A stretch of 64,000 nucleotides of DNA, counting the filler, from Stramenopiles sp. TOSAG23-2 (Eukaryota): the NCBI GenBank assembly GCA_900128395.1. It is 56 parts of 56 records of this genome, joined end to end, with 100 filler letters (N's around TTAATTAATTAA, not from the genome) between each part and the next. Parts side by side here need not be neighbours in the genome. Positions count along the whole stretch, not along the records: positions 12,654 to 13,701 come from LT653901.1; positions 13,802 to 14,849 come from LT653902.1; positions 14,950 to 15,996 come from LT653903.1; positions 16,097 to 17,143 come from LT653904.1; positions 17,244 to 18,290 come from LT653905.1; positions 18,391 to 19,436 come from LT653906.1; positions 19,537 to 20,582 come from LT653907.1; positions 20,683 to 21,728 come from LT653908.1; 48 more parts are not named here. One strand, given 5' to 3'. The notes under the pieces are model-generated. The model searched no databases and had not been told where the DNA came from. It saw only the letters and a list, made by a program, of their open reading frames with translations. Made by a program: the position numbers and the translations under genes. Each line of letters opens with the position of its first letter. Positions within the stretch are counted from its first letter, which is position 1. Positions 13,498 through 26,815 of this stretch are shown here, in pieces.

Positions 13498-13944
13498 GAA
13501 GGCGTGTGTGGTGTGATATGTAACAATATTAGTGATGTGTGTCGTTAATGTCTTGAGAATGAGCCAGGTTGTATGTGTGATATAGTACACATCTTTTAAA
13601 TGTTGTGTGTAAAAATAAATTAAAATATTAGCACAGTAGTTTTTAATAAAAATAATTAATTGTTTTTTAAAAAAAAATCAAAAAAAAAAAATCAACAACA
13701 TNNNNNNNNNNNNNNNNNNNNNNNNNNNNNNNNNNNNNNNNNNNNTTAATTAATTAANNNNNNNNNNNNNNNNNNNNNNNNNNNNNNNNNNNNNNNNNNN
13801 NTATAACTATTATACATTTTATTGGTTTCTTACATACGAATTTTTACTTTTGTTTTTATATTATTTTATTTTTGCTATTCAATATACACATATATTCCAT
13901 TATCGCCAATGTATTTCCCCAGTCTTTTTTAGACAAATAAACTT

Positions 13945-14370
13945 TCATATTTTTTTCCGATACAAATCATACATAAAAGCTTTCAAGAGATCCTTCGAAT
14001 AATTTTGACCACAGCTTTCTGTTAGCTTTTTTTGATATGTACATTTACTCATATTACTACTATTATTTTTAATGCACAGAATCCAATTTTCAAACTCGTT
14101 AGGGCAAACTGTGTTAGCAAGGCACGTTGTATACTGAAAATATGTTAAAAATTTTGATTCTGGACCCGCTGATCCAAATTCTAATGCCTGTTGCGTACAA
14201 TTTTCCATCATTGTATGTAACTTCAGCGCAAAAACTGGATTCATTTTCCGTAATTCTAATATTTCATGTCCTTGAAATTTTTTATTTAATATTTGTGTAT
14301 GCATTTTCATTAACGCCGCAAGCTGTGGTATATCGGATGTCTTTATTTTTACTCTGGTACCACCCGCCAT
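13945..14370 (-). CDS. Small protein with C-terminal twin CX9C-like motif
   Basis: Complete ORF; CPNEFENWILC and CTYQKKLTESC are CX9C pairs. Confidence 0.6.
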   Translation of the reverse strand: MAGGTRVKIKTSDIPQLAALMKMHTQILNKKFQGHEILELRKMNPVFALKLHTMMENCTQQALEFGSAGPESKFLTYFQYTTCLANTVCPNEFENWILCIKNNSSNMSKCTYQKKLTESCGQNYSKDLLKAFMYDLYRKKI

Positions 14371-14400
14371 TTCCTATTAATTTTTATTTAAGTACATGTT

Positions 14401-14520
14401 GTTTATTGTATATCATGCATGTGTATGTATGTATGTATGAATGATATATATAACAGATAGGTTTATTGTATATCATGCATGTGTATGTATGTATGTATGA
14501 ATGATATATATATATGATAG
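14401..14520. repeat. 60-bp tandem duplication upstream of the CX9C gene
   Basis: 14401-14452 is identical to 14461-14512. Confidence 0.9.
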
Positions 14521-15847
14521 ATAATAAATATTATTGATTACATATTATTTGCACATCATTATTTCATCATCCTGCTATTCCTTAAAATCTTCTCTCTGTT
14601 AAAATGCAATAGCTAGCTATGGTTTTACCTGATCGTATATGGTCGTCTAATAGAATACTACTAGTACTGTATCATAGTGATTCTGTGATTCTGTACCATA
14701 GCAGGAGATATTATACTGTAGGAGCGAAGCGAGAAGCAGCCTTTTTTTTGCCTTTCTACTTTTCCAGCAGCTTCCAGCCGCTTTGCCTTTATTTATTATC
14801 TCTCTGTCGCTAATAGGTACAGATTTATGAGAGAAGAAGGTACAGATGANNNNNNNNNNNNNNNNNNNNNNNNNNNNNNNNNNNNNNNNNNNNTTAATTA
14901 ATTAANNNNNNNNNNNNNNNNNNNNNNNNNNNNNNNNNNNNNNNNNNNNCAATAATTGCAACTCGACCCATTGTATTGTTCAATTGTTCTGAATTATTAT
15001 CAGTGTCTTGAATTGTTTCCTGAGGACTTGTTTGAAAAAGACCTGTTGATGGTAACTTTTCATTCGTCGACATCTTTCTTATCGTTGTATGTTGTTGTGT
15101 GTTGAGCGAAAGACGTTTTTATCTCCTTTGTTTGTTTGAATTGATTCTGATTGTCGTATATCGTGTATAATATCTATTTTCTTGGGTACCTTGTAAACTA
15201 CTATATACATACATGCAGACAACTAGATAATACAGTATATACCAGACTTCTAAAAAAGTCTGTAGTAGCATTACGCGTATATATACCTGGTGTATCTTTG
15301 CGCAACAGTAGTGGTTAGCTAGCCTGGCTAGCATTGCAATAGCTTGGATTATTATTATCGGGCAGGCGTTTAGTGAAATTAGTATAGTACGAGTATAGCT
15401 TCTTTTAGCTACAACCCTGTCATGATTCTTCTTCTGATCAAATTAAAATAGCATATGAATATTAATAGCACCAGGAAAGAGGTATAACACCACGAACAAC
15501 AACAACAACTTCTTTTCTTCCAAAATTAAATATTTTTTTTGAATAATTAATAATTACAACATAAAATAGTAATCCAAGTAATGATCGGTAAAAAGAGGAA
15601 AGAGATACAAACAAAAACAATAGAAGAAAAAGACAAATTATCATCAATATTAAATTGATTTGTATTTTTCATCTTTCAAGTTTTTTCTTTCTTCGTTTGA
15701 TACGTAATATTTTTTGTATCTGTGTGCGTGCGTGTCTCTTTCTGTGTGAATGAATAATACCTATATTATATTTTTGAACGTTAGTATTTATATAGTTATT
15801 GATACGGTTCTGGCCGTACTTCCATTATTTTTATATTTTTATTATAC

Positions 15848-15995
15848 CAAATGTATTACTATTATTGGTCAAAAGGCGATTAAAATGGTTATGAATATGA
15901 ATGGAGGAAGTATTATCGACTCAAATTGTATTACTATTATTGGTCAAAAAGGGAAGAAAATGGTTATGAATATGAATGTAGGAAGTATTATCTTC
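15848..15995. repeat. ~75-bp imperfect tandem repeat, 2 copies
   Basis: tgtattactattattggtcaaaa...aaaatggttatgaatatgaatg.aggaagtattatc occurs twice. Confidence 0.85.
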
Positions 15996-17849
15996 ANNNN
16001 NNNNNNNNNNNNNNNNNNNNNNNNNNNNNNNNNNNNNNNNTTAATTAATTAANNNNNNNNNNNNNNNNNNNNNNNNNNNNNNNNNNNNNNNNNNNNATTA
16101 TATATATATATATATATATATATAATTATGCGCTACTTCGTAGGGTAAAAATTTGTAAAAATGGAACGAAAAGAGAAATATATAGAATTATATGAATGAA
16201 GTAATCAATGAATCATTTATATATATGTTTTCTTCTTTGAGATGTCTCTCTGTATATAAAATATTATCAAATTGTTGGTGTATTATGTACAATTTACTAC
16301 TTAATTAGGCGTACACATTATACTGTAACATATTATAGTCCATCATCCATCCATCATCACACCACACTGGCACACTCAATACCTAACGTGCTACAAAACC
16401 ATTAATATATTCTCATCTCTAAATCTGCCAGGATAAAATTACAATATATATACCAGGAATAGAGACAGGATGGCACTATGCACTATGGTAATATGGCAGC
16501 GTGAAAAAGATGATAGGGTTATAGTATTTGATGTTAGTATACTACAAACTTAGCTGATCTCATGTGCTGGTCTTAGACTATACGGGCTGGACGTTAGCAC
16601 GTGGCACGCCCAGGCTGGCAGGTTAGCACACGTTTTACAAAATAACGACGTCGTGGATAATCCACATACAAACTACCACCAGCACAGTGGTCTAAGCAAT
16701 GCTATTTCTATATATTATTAACCTCGGGCTAATAGTATTGCAGTGCTAGACAAAATATTCCTGAAAATTGAGAAATAATACATAAGTAAAAGTTCTAGAA
16801 AAGTATCCAAATTGCCAGAATGCCTGGAATGCCTGTGGTGGAATGCGTCAATCAAAAAAAAAACAATTTCATTTCATGCATTTTCACACATTCCCATCAT
16901 ATTTACATGATGTTTTTTTTTATTTTTTAATTATGTTTTTTTCCCCTCAAATATTGGTTGAAATCTCTGGTCTAAGTACGGAGTAGTTGTACCAGGTATA
17001 CTAGAAATATTTACCTATATAATATGTTATTTATCAATATCGGCCAGCAGAAAAGTCCTCTCTCAGATACATCGGGTCATATATTTTAAAATTATAATAC
17101 ACTCTGTAAATACATAATAGATATTAATAGATTTAGAAATTGGNNNNNNNNNNNNNNNNNNNNNNNNNNNNNNNNNNNNNNNNNNNNTTAATTAATTAAN
17201 NNNNNNNNNNNNNNNNNNNNNNNNNNNNNNNNNNNNNNNNNNNTGATTTTTTTCACACGTAAACTCTTGCTGTTCTTCATCTTCTCTTATATATATATAT
17301 ATATATTTATTTATATGTATGTTCCTATTTATATAAATACAGATATAGAAAATTGTAGAATGAGCTATCTCTCTATATATCTTGTTGTCTCCATTCATGT
17401 TCTATATCTCTCTGTCTCTATCTATTATACCTGGTGGCAATAAAAAATGTATAATAATAATGTACTACTAGTATGTGTGTTTTTAAATTTCAATTCATCA
17501 TCATCAGGAGAGGCTTCAACAAGTAGCTTCACACAACACCACAACGCTACCCCAGCTAGCCTGGCTAGCTAGCTGGCTAGCTAGCTGGCTAGCTGGCTAG
17601 CGGTATTTCAACAACAAATTCATTGTTTATACTTAAATTCCATTTTTTTGTATACTTTTATATAGGAATATGAAAAATATTATATTATTATTTGAAAAAT
17701 CATAAGATGATAGATATTATTGATTGTATATTTTGTTGATAAATATATTAGACAAGAAAAGATGGACTTGGTAATTGGTAAGTTGTATAGAGAAAAGTGT
17801 TTGTTTTATAGTGGATTTCATTTGGGAAGAAATAAAAAATATTGATATA

Positions 17850-18116
17850 ATGGAAGATATAACAAACAATGTAGAAAAAAATGCAGTAGTCATGGATGAT
17901 CCTGAATTAAATGGGTTAAGAAGGGTAGCAGAGGAAATGGCAGAAATGAATAATATTATTGAAAAATTAAATGAACAAGCTACAAATTTAAATAAATTAA
18001 TGCGTGCTGTTGATCCAAAGTTAGTCACTATGTATTTGCCATTTCAAAAGAGTATATATAATGTAAATCAACCTATTGGTTATGGAACAATTACTTCATC
18101 TGATCAATCACAATGA
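17850..18116 (+). CDS. Small coiled-coil protein
   Basis: MEDITNNVEK...AEEMAEMNNIIEKLNEQATNLNKL heptad pattern. Confidence 0.55.
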   Translation: MEDITNNVEKNAVVMDDPELNGLRRVAEEMAEMNNIIEKLNEQATNLNKLMRAVDPKLVTMYLPFQKSIYNVNQPIGYGTITSSDQSQ

Positions 18117-18390
18117 CTCCGTAGTGTCTTGTATTACAAATCGGTATATCTTCTCTAGCAAATAATTATGTTTTTGTCTTTTATATAAGTAATTATATTG
18201 GGGGAATGTACATACTAAGATATCATAAATTAATAAAATACAAAACAAATTTTTTACACACTCTCTGAACGAAGCTTCTCTCGCATGTAANNNNNNNNNN
18301 NNNNNNNNNNNNNNNNNNNNNNNNNNNNNNNNNNTTAATTAATTAANNNNNNNNNNNNNNNNNNNNNNNNNNNNNNNNNNNNNNNNNNNN

Positions 18391-18950
18391 TAATTGATAT
18401 TTCGCTTTCTTGCCATTGCCTTTCGACGTAGTTGTCGTTATATCTACATCATCCACAAAAGATAATGGTACCATAAATGAGACATTATTATGTTTTAACC
18501 TCGCAACTTCCGGAACATAAATAACTAATATACGTTTCGTCGTTAATAAAAGCCACCATGCCGCACTCTCCTCGTTGATATCACGTAACATCAAGTAATG
18601 GCTGATGTCTTCCATGGCATATGACCCATTTGCAACTTTTTTCAACATTAAAAAACCCATCGCATCGACAATATCAAATGGTAAGAATGAATTGTATCTT
18701 GATTTTGGAAATGCACGCGGTAAACGTCTTCTGCCAGACATAAATGTTTGCATTTTCTTCTTTGCACGGGCTAAATAATGACGATCGCTATTTCTATCGG
18801 CATATGCTTTGATTCCTTGTGATGTTTTTGCGACTCCATGTAAAATACCTGCTATCGGTTTCATTGGTACACCAACAACACCACGCGCGACACCTTTCAC
18901 GAATCCTTTTGCACCACCTTTCTTTGCACCAATGTATGGTTGTGAAATAA
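18391..18950 (-). CDS. VPS13: VPS13 family C-terminal region (ATG2_C-like plus PH-like), fragment
   Basis: QPYIGAKKGGAKGFVKGVARGVVGVPMKPIAGILHGVAKTSQGI, RRRLPRAF, LLLTTKRILVI. Confidence 0.8.
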
Positions 18951-19436
18951 CATTTGGATTGTGTTCAGGTAGAAGTTGACCTTTGTCTTTGCACACTGCA
19001 CATAAGGATAATACTGCCATGGTTATGCGAACAATTACTGCAGCAAGGCTAACCAATATGAAGAACGGATTAAATGAACCAAATGAAAATATAAAGCACA
19101 TTACCGCAATCGCTGAGAATATAGCTGAAGCTATTCCCAATGCCGTATGTTGCGCTTTTGCCTCGCATCCACAACAATTCTTTCCTTTATCTCCACATTG
19201 CTCATAACAAGTAGGTAAACTTGTAAATATTAGCATTATAAGCCCTGCCCAAAACGATATTATACCGCCTAACCATCCGAAGAACCACAATGGCCAACAT
19301 GCTCCCTATATATATATATATATAGATATATGTATGTATGTATTATATTTATTCTATGTTAGTAAAAATGAAAAGTAGATTTTGAATCATCATTATCATA
19401 TAATATATTAATATAAAATTTACTTACTGCACCTAT
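18951..19436 (-). CDS. Small multipass membrane protein fragment with one intron (19306-19427)
   Basis: Minus-strand GTAAGT donor at 19427, TACTAAC at 19358-19364, TAG acceptor at 19306; splices in frame IGA|GACWPLWFFGWLGG; three hydrophobic helices. Confidence 0.7.
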
Positions 19437-20846
19437 NNNNNNNNNNNNNNNNNNNNNNNNNNNNNNNNNNNNNNNNNNNNTTAATTAATTAANNNNNNNN
19501 NNNNNNNNNNNNNNNNNNNNNNNNNNNNNNNNNNNNCACGTTTATCATATTCTAAATCAACTTTTCTTGAATATGCACCAAACATAACACAAGCGGCAAT
19601 GGTAGATGTAATCACGGATAATGGTATCCCATATTTCATTTGTTTATCGATTTTACAATAATAATAATAATTGCTGTTGTTGTTGTTATACTGTGGTTGG
19701 TTATTATTCTTATAAATTATTTATGACCTTATACTACATGCCGCCCTGCTTCTATTTCTATTTTATATAATTTATCAAAATAACTGTTTTTTTTGTTGTT
19801 GTGTGTTGCTATAATATTTTTTGTGTGTCTTGTTGCAATTTTAATTTTTTTTAATAGCCTTTTTTTTTTCTGAAATTAACATAGGAATAGCCCTGGATAG
19901 CATATTACTTTTTCTTTTTTTGAAATTTGTGTTGAAATTGTGCAAATTCAAAAAAACAGCATAAACATAACATAGACTAAGCTAACAGCAACAATACCCC
20001 TTATTGATTTATAGAAACGTTTATTTTTCCTATGGATGTATATGTTTGTTATGCAATTAGATATTATGATACGAGTGCATTTTTTTTTTTCGTACATTAT
20101 TAAATTTACAAATATGTGTTCTATTTCCTTATATGTATATTATTTATAAATCTAGAAAAACGCTTTGAAAGTATATAGCTAAAGTGTTTACTGTATCAAT
20201 ATCTATTTTAAAAAATAAAATGGGAAACGAAAAAGTTATGAAGCTCAAATGAAGGAATATCAGCTCTACCAAAATATTACATCTATTCCTACCCTACAAG
20301 ATGTAGAAATTTATTTGATCATTTATGGCTTTTATTTTATTATTTATTTTAAAATAAATATATATTTAAAATAAAATATTATATTTTTTATTTTACAGAG
20401 ATAAACCCCGCAATTTTCATCTACTCATTGGTCCTCTGCTATTGGGTCTACTACCACTATTACCACTTACAGTTGGTAATGTACCTGCTGATACACCACG
20501 TTTTGCATTATTATGATGATCACTACGTCCAACCATTGTTCGGCTGTCTTGTCTAGCTAATTTTCTAATTTTCGATGCGGACNNNNNNNNNNNNNNNNNN
20601 NNNNNNNNNNNNNNNNNNNNNNNNNNTTAATTAATTAANNNNNNNNNNNNNNNNNNNNNNNNNNNNNNNNNNNNNNNNNNNNTATGTATGCTGATGGTAC
20701 GAACTCGATGTATGATATGATATCATACCATTAATATTTATGAAATACATGAATGGTGATATTACCTTTTTTAGTTTTTAAAAAACAACAACACACACGA
20801 GACAGAATATCTACACTTTTCTCTTTCCTCTCTCTCTCTCTCTCTC

Positions 20847-21500
20847 TCAATCATCTATTTCATTATGTGTTCTATCATCATCATTATCATCATATATTAT
20901 TCGATTCTTGTCTGTAAAGTCGACTAATTCTTGATTGTACAAATCCATTCTTCTTTTATATTCAACATGATATTTTTCTTTATCACTGTTACTTAATTGA
21001 CGCCATTTTTTGGAACATGCCGTAATGATATCGTTCATGTGATGTATATTTAACTCTTTTGCTATAACATCTCTATACTCATCAACAAACAATAAAAACA
21101 CTGTTTTTGGTCTGCTTGGTTTGTCATCTCCATTTATTTCTTTCATTTTCTCAAAATATTTTTTACTTTCTTCCATTGAAAGTCTTTCATAATGCAATTT
21201 GTCTGAAGGTGTTAAACCCCTCCAAACACTACTTAAAGCTTTCATCACAACTGATGAACGTATTGTAGTATTGTCACCATCTATATCATCAATTTCTTGA
21301 CTATTCCTGGCTTTGTTTTTCAAAAATTCTACCATCCATGGCCTTTTTGCTGTATAAAATATTTGCCATGCATTTCTTGGTTTCTTTGGCTTATTGACTT
21401 TAGTTGGACGTGTTCTTTTCTTTTTAATTACTTTTTTATTAACATTATTAGTATGATTAAATTTTTTATCTACTTCTCTCGAAAGTGTTGCTTTAGGCAT
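20847..21500 (-). CDS. Dual HMG-box protein
   Basis: KPKKPRNAWQIFY...LSSVWRGLTPSDKLHY and KPSRPKTVFLLFVDEYR...KWRQLSNSDKEKY. Confidence 0.9.
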   Translation of the reverse strand: MPKATLSREVDKKFNHTNNVNKKVIKKKRTRPTKVNKPKKPRNAWQIFYTAKRPWMVEFLKNKARNSQEIDDIDGDNTTIRSSVVMKALSSVWRGLTPSDKLHYERLSMEESKKYFEKMKEINGDDKPSRPKTVFLLFVDEYRDVIAKELNIHHMNDIITACSKKWRQLSNSDKEKYHVEYKRRMDLYNQELVDFTDKNRIIYDDNDDDRTHNEIDD

Positions 21501-21983
21501 ATTGATATATAATTTATGACTATCTTGTGTGAGTGTATTAGTGTGTATGTATTAGAAAATAATGTTCAGCTTTCTCATTATATTGGCCTTGAAAACTATA
21601 TATTCTGTATATATACTATTTAGTGAAATATTAAATAACTGTTTATTTGAAATTGCAACAATAAATAGACTACAGTTACAGTCATTTATACCAGGTATTG
21701 TCTCTAAAAAGAAGTGCCAAAAAAAAAANNNNNNNNNNNNNNNNNNNNNNNNNNNNNNNNNNNNNNNNNNNNTTAATTAATTAANNNNNNNNNNNNNNNN
21801 NNNNNNNNNNNNNNNNNNNNNNNNNNNNATATTATACTATAATACTACTGACTGGACGGAATAAATAAAAAACATCGATAATAGTGCATGCAATAATAAT
21901 AAATAAAGTCTAAGAGACTATCCTAATAGACGGACTATATATATGCTATAAAATTACAAACATCGAAGCATGTATAACCAAAC

Positions 21984-22208
21984 ATGAGTGATGACGATAC
22001 GGTCTGTGTAGATTGCGAGGAACAGAAAATCGAATCGAGGAATACGGCATTATCAGGCCATGTACATAAATCATGTGAAACAATATATTCTAAAGTTGAA
22101 ATGTGTATGATTAAAAACAAAGGTAGAGTAGCTCCATGTCAAAACGAATGGAACGAATTTAGAGATTGTCATGCAAATACACGAGCAGACAGATTGAACT
22201 TAAAGTGA
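21984..22208 (+). CDS. Twin CX9C (CHCH) mitochondrial intermembrane-space protein
   Basis: CETIYSKVEMC-x10-CQNEWNEFRDC; complete 74-aa ORF. Confidence 0.75.
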   Translation: MSDDDTVCVDCEEQKIESRNTALSGHVHKSCETIYSKVEMCMIKNKGRVAPCQNEWNEFRDCHANTRADRLNLK

Positions 22209-23854
22209 CAATGTCATGCATGAATTTAGAAGACGTAAGTACCAAAGAAATATTCTTAATTACCTCCCAAACGCCTTTTATTTTGCCTCAGCTTCAATAA
22301 TCAATATTGAAATCTGTCTTCCTATAACTGGCAAGAATGAACAATTTCAATTTTAAACTATGAACGATATTCAAAATTAATATGAGATATGAAAAATAAG
22401 TCTTTTAATTGATACATATATGTAAATACACGCTTACAAACAGATATACACAAAAGCTTACTAATTACCTTTTATCTAGGGATAATTTGAATTTACTAAC
22501 GTTTTATGATATCACAGCAGTCTTATAGCAAAAACAATGACAAATATTATTAGCAGCATTTTTATTTATATAAAAAATATTTTTACAAAGTGGATGATAT
22601 ATCATAGGTATGTACCCATTATTTTTAAACACATTTTATGATGCCTACATAATAATAACGAATGCGAGATGCGAGAAGAAGTGTAAAATTATTATATATA
22701 TATATATATATATATAACTTTAGATTTTAACCATCGTATTATATAACAAAATATACCGATTTTCGTATAATATCACACATATACCTCGTATAATATACTC
22801 GTGTAGTATAAAAATATATCATAGTTCGTAAAAATCTTTCCTCCTTTTTCAAAAAAAAATAAATAATATCACACNNNNNNNNNNNNNNNNNNNNNNNNNN
22901 NNNNNNNNNNNNNNNNNNTTAATTAATTAANNNNNNNNNNNNNNNNNNNNNNNNNNNNNNNNNNNNNNNNNNNNTTAAATGTAAAAGGAAACAATTACTT
23001 TTGGGTATATCCATGATGATGCATCAATAATGTCATGTCTCTCCCCTATGTTCTTTCTTTCATGAAAAAAAAAATTTTAAAAAATAATAAAAAAAAAGTA
23101 GGGTTGAATTGAGAAGAAGAGATTGATGATTTTTTATTGTGGTTACCATATTCGGTCCATTTTGATGATATTCTAACAAGTACAAAACAAACTTAAGCGG
23201 GTTGTGCTCATGACGCTGACGTGCCAATTTTAATTCCTTAACTATTGTTATGTATACCAGGTACTGTATTATATATTTAGTATAACTTACATGAAATGTT
23301 TTTAAGTGGTCACATTCATGTCATGCTTTCCTCTCCATACTTGCCCAGCTTGCTATCGGAACAAAAACATTAAGCGCTATTTAGATGCTAAGGTTATTTA
23401 TTTAAGGTTTTTTTATCGATTTGTGGGATTTGTGCATCTATTTAGTATATCAATAGCACTTCTATGACACACATCATCGTAAGTGAACCTTAACCTCCAT
23501 TCTCACCTCTCACCTCGGGTTATCACCACATCACCACCACCACATACTAATACATTAACATATTTCTAGAATATTACTAAATATTATTATACATAAAAAT
23601 GAATGAGAAAAAATAGAAAACAACTTTATTAAATAATGAATAATGTGGAGAGATCCCATCACAGGAATCTATAAGAACATTATACTTAAAACAAATTGTT
23701 TTTCTACATATTTCTTTTGTATTTCTTTTGTTTGTATTTCTTTTGTTTGTTTTTCTTTGTTTTCTGTTATTTTCGTCTATCTTTCTCATTCTTGGAAGAT
23801 ATTGTTTATGGGAAAAAAGCAACAAGAGAAATAATAATAATAATAATAATAATT

Positions 23855-24020
23855 ATGGGTTCAGATTCAAAACGTGTGAGAATACCGAAAAATAGGAACG
23901 GGAAACGAAATGCAACTCCAAAAACAACTGAAACGAAACGATTATTATTATTAATTTTATGTGTCGCATGCTTGTTTCTTGCTGGACTTTTCATTGGTTA
24001 TACCCACTTTATCAATCATC
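23855..24020 (+). CDS. Type II membrane protein N-terminus (partial)
   Basis: Basic tail followed by TM helix LLLLILCVACLFLAGLFIGY. Confidence 0.55.
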
Positions 24021-24380
24021 NNNNNNNNNNNNNNNNNNNNNNNNNNNNNNNNNNNNNNNNNNNNTTAATTAATTAANNNNNNNNNNNNNNNNNNNNNNNN
24101 NNNNNNNNNNNNNNNNNNNNTGTGTCGTGTGCCATTTGATCCATATTGACTTTTTGTTCATGAAGATGGTAGTTATAGTGCTATAAAACATGTGTACATG
24201 GTTGTTATACATATATATTCTAAAATAGTTGGACTAACGATCATTTCGTTCAACATAAAATTAAGGATTTATGAAATACAAACCGTGAAACATAACTCTA
24301 ACGTTTAAATATATTAATCACAATTGTATATCATTTTTTTTATTGCGTGTGTATAGAATATCTTCTTTCTATCATACAAT

Positions 24381-24761
24381 ATGAATACTTTCATCATTAT
24401 ATTATTAACATTATTATTATGTGTAATTGTACATGGGGATGTTTATATGAATCAACCTAGAGGTAGTAACAACAAATTAAATGAAGTTAGTGATAATGTA
24501 CGAAATGATAATCGCTTATTTGATAGTCAAAACAATGCTGCAGCTGGATATCAAGTTGGTGATAAATGCAATCCATCATGTGCCATTGATACAAACAACG
24601 ATAGGAATGCAGCACCAGATACATATAGATCGGATTATCCAGGAGCAGGGAAAGGGATCATGTATTATTATGCATCTAGCTTCTTACAAATAGAATGGAC
24701 TGCGCAGCATGGATGTGGTGTAGAAGACCGAACGAATCAGTGCGAGATGATACTACAATAG
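24381..24761 (+). CDS. DD3-3-like secreted protein, N-terminal part (truncated by junction)
   Basis: Signal peptide, then DVYMNQPRGSNNKLNE, NDNRLFDSQNN..GY, LQIEWTAQHGCG, CEMILQ. Confidence 0.75.
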   Translation: MNTFIIILLTLLLCVIVHGDVYMNQPRGSNNKLNEVSDNVRNDNRLFDSQNNAAAGYQVGDKCNPSCAIDTNNDRNAAPDTYRSDYPGAGKGIMYYYASSFLQIEWTAQHGCGVEDRTNQCEMILQ

Positions 24762-25166
24762 TCTTAGTTGGCGCAGGTATAGGTGTAACACCATTTGCAT
24801 CTATTATGAGATCAATGGTATTGAGAAGAAAACAGCAACGAGCTGTTGGTAGTGGTGGTGTACCAATGCCACGAACTCATTTTTTTTGGCTTTGCAGGAG
24901 TCGTTTTGAGTTCGATGCATTTAAAGATTTAATGAGAAATGAAATTAGTAGTAGCGGGGATATGGCTCGCTCTTTTGTTTTCCATTTATATATGTCTGGG
25001 GAAACAAATATTTCTGATCCGCAATTTCAATTAGAATTAAAAGATTATGGTCGATGGGCTGAATTATTTACAGGTCGACCAAAATGGGGTAGAATTTTTC
25101 AAGAGATCCGACAAGAAAATTTAGGAAAAGAAATTGGTGTATTTTTATGTGGCCCACCCCCAATTG
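24750..25166 (+). CDS. NADPH oxidase/ferric reductase NAD(P)H-binding domain, fragment
   Basis: IVLVGAGIGVTPFASIMRS, HFFWLCR, TGRPKW, IGVFLCGPPPI. Confidence 0.9.
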
Positions 25167-26412
25167 NNNNNNNNNNNNNNNNNNNNNNNNNNNNNNNNNN
25201 NNNNNNNNNNTTAATTAATTAANNNNNNNNNNNNNNNNNNNNNNNNNNNNNNNNNNNNNNNNNNNNTTAATGCAAGAAAATCTTTTTCTGCCATTGCATC
25301 TGCAGTTAAATCAATGTGTTCTGCCATGGTACTATTGTGCTAATTTTTTTCGTTGATGTTTTAATTTTTGATTATTTTCAGTGGTAACAATATAATAATT
25401 TTGTATAAGTTATTATAATACGTTTGTGTCTTTTTCACACTTTTATTATATATATATACATGTATATATATTTATTGTAAAGAAATTTATATAAATAATA
25501 TGAGTAAGAGAAATATTATATATATTGTACCTTTTTACTAATAATCCCAAAATATTTAATCTAGAACTATTTTATCCATTTTATAAAAAACATGTATATT
25601 TATTTCATTTAAATATATCGCTTAGTCGTAGCAGCCGCCAGCTATAATACTATAATAAAACCCAGGAGCCCCCAGGAGTAGCAAGTAAAAAAATATTAAA
25701 AATATTGAAGTCATAAAATTCCAATATGAAAAATAATATTTTCAAGCCCTGAGAGCTGAGAGCACGCGCCGCGATAAAAAGAGATCAAGCACAAATTCAG
25801 TCCACCCCGCTAGTACGAAATGGAAATACGCCACACTGAAATACAGGCACACAGCATTAAATTCTACGAAACTATACTTCTAAGAATACTAGAAGATGCC
25901 TCAAACTGATGTGGCAAACAACCAGCACACCAGCACACCAGCACACCAGCACACCAGCAAACACATGCCAGCATATGCCAGCATGCAAATTAGAGAGGAT
26001 CCTCTCTAATGCAAACCGCCTCGTAAAAAAATCAATTTTAGAAAAAAGATATATTTGTGATTTGTATATATATTACATTATTACATATCTTATCGTACAT
26101 ATTTCATTTTTTTTTTTTTTTGACACGGTAATATATTTATTTATATATATATTAATTAAATTGTTGTAGTATTATAATCTATATATATATATATATATAT
26201 ATATATTCATACACGTATTTTTTCCCCGAAGTAAGTGAAAAAGTAAAAAATATATACCATCAAATTTAATATTTTTTTATTATTATTGTTATTATTACAT
26301 CATGTTCAAATTNNNNNNNNNNNNNNNNNNNNNNNNNNNNNNNNNNNNNNNNNNNNTTAATTAATTAANNNNNNNNNNNNNNNNNNNNNNNNNNNNNNNN
26401 NNNNNNNNNNNN

Positions 26413-26815
26413 ATGAATGCATAAACTCCCCACCTTTTAGACTAAACGGTCCTAATAATTGCTTTTTCTTTTTATTATTATTATTATTATTACTTCGTGA
26501 TGATGTAGAATATTCTGATTGTGGTGAGTTGTTACGATGGTGATCAGATGGAGATACATGATGATGAAATGCATCTTCGTATTGACGTGGTGAAATGTAT
26601 GTTTCACGACCTGGACTTTTATGTGCAGGTAGTACAAACGTGCCATTTTTCATTTTTTCCAACTGCAACTGCTGTTCTAACATTTTAATACGTAATAAAG
26701 CATCATTTAATAAAGATGCTAAATGTCCTTTTACGTCTGTTTCTGGTAAAAACGACGAGGTATCATCGTATTTTCTAGACATATCCAATGCATCACTTGT
26801 CAATGAATTGTACAT
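26413..26815 (-). CDS. Hypothetical protein N-terminus with short coiled coil
   Basis: ATG-initiated open frame; ALLRIKMLEQQLQLEK. Confidence 0.55.
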
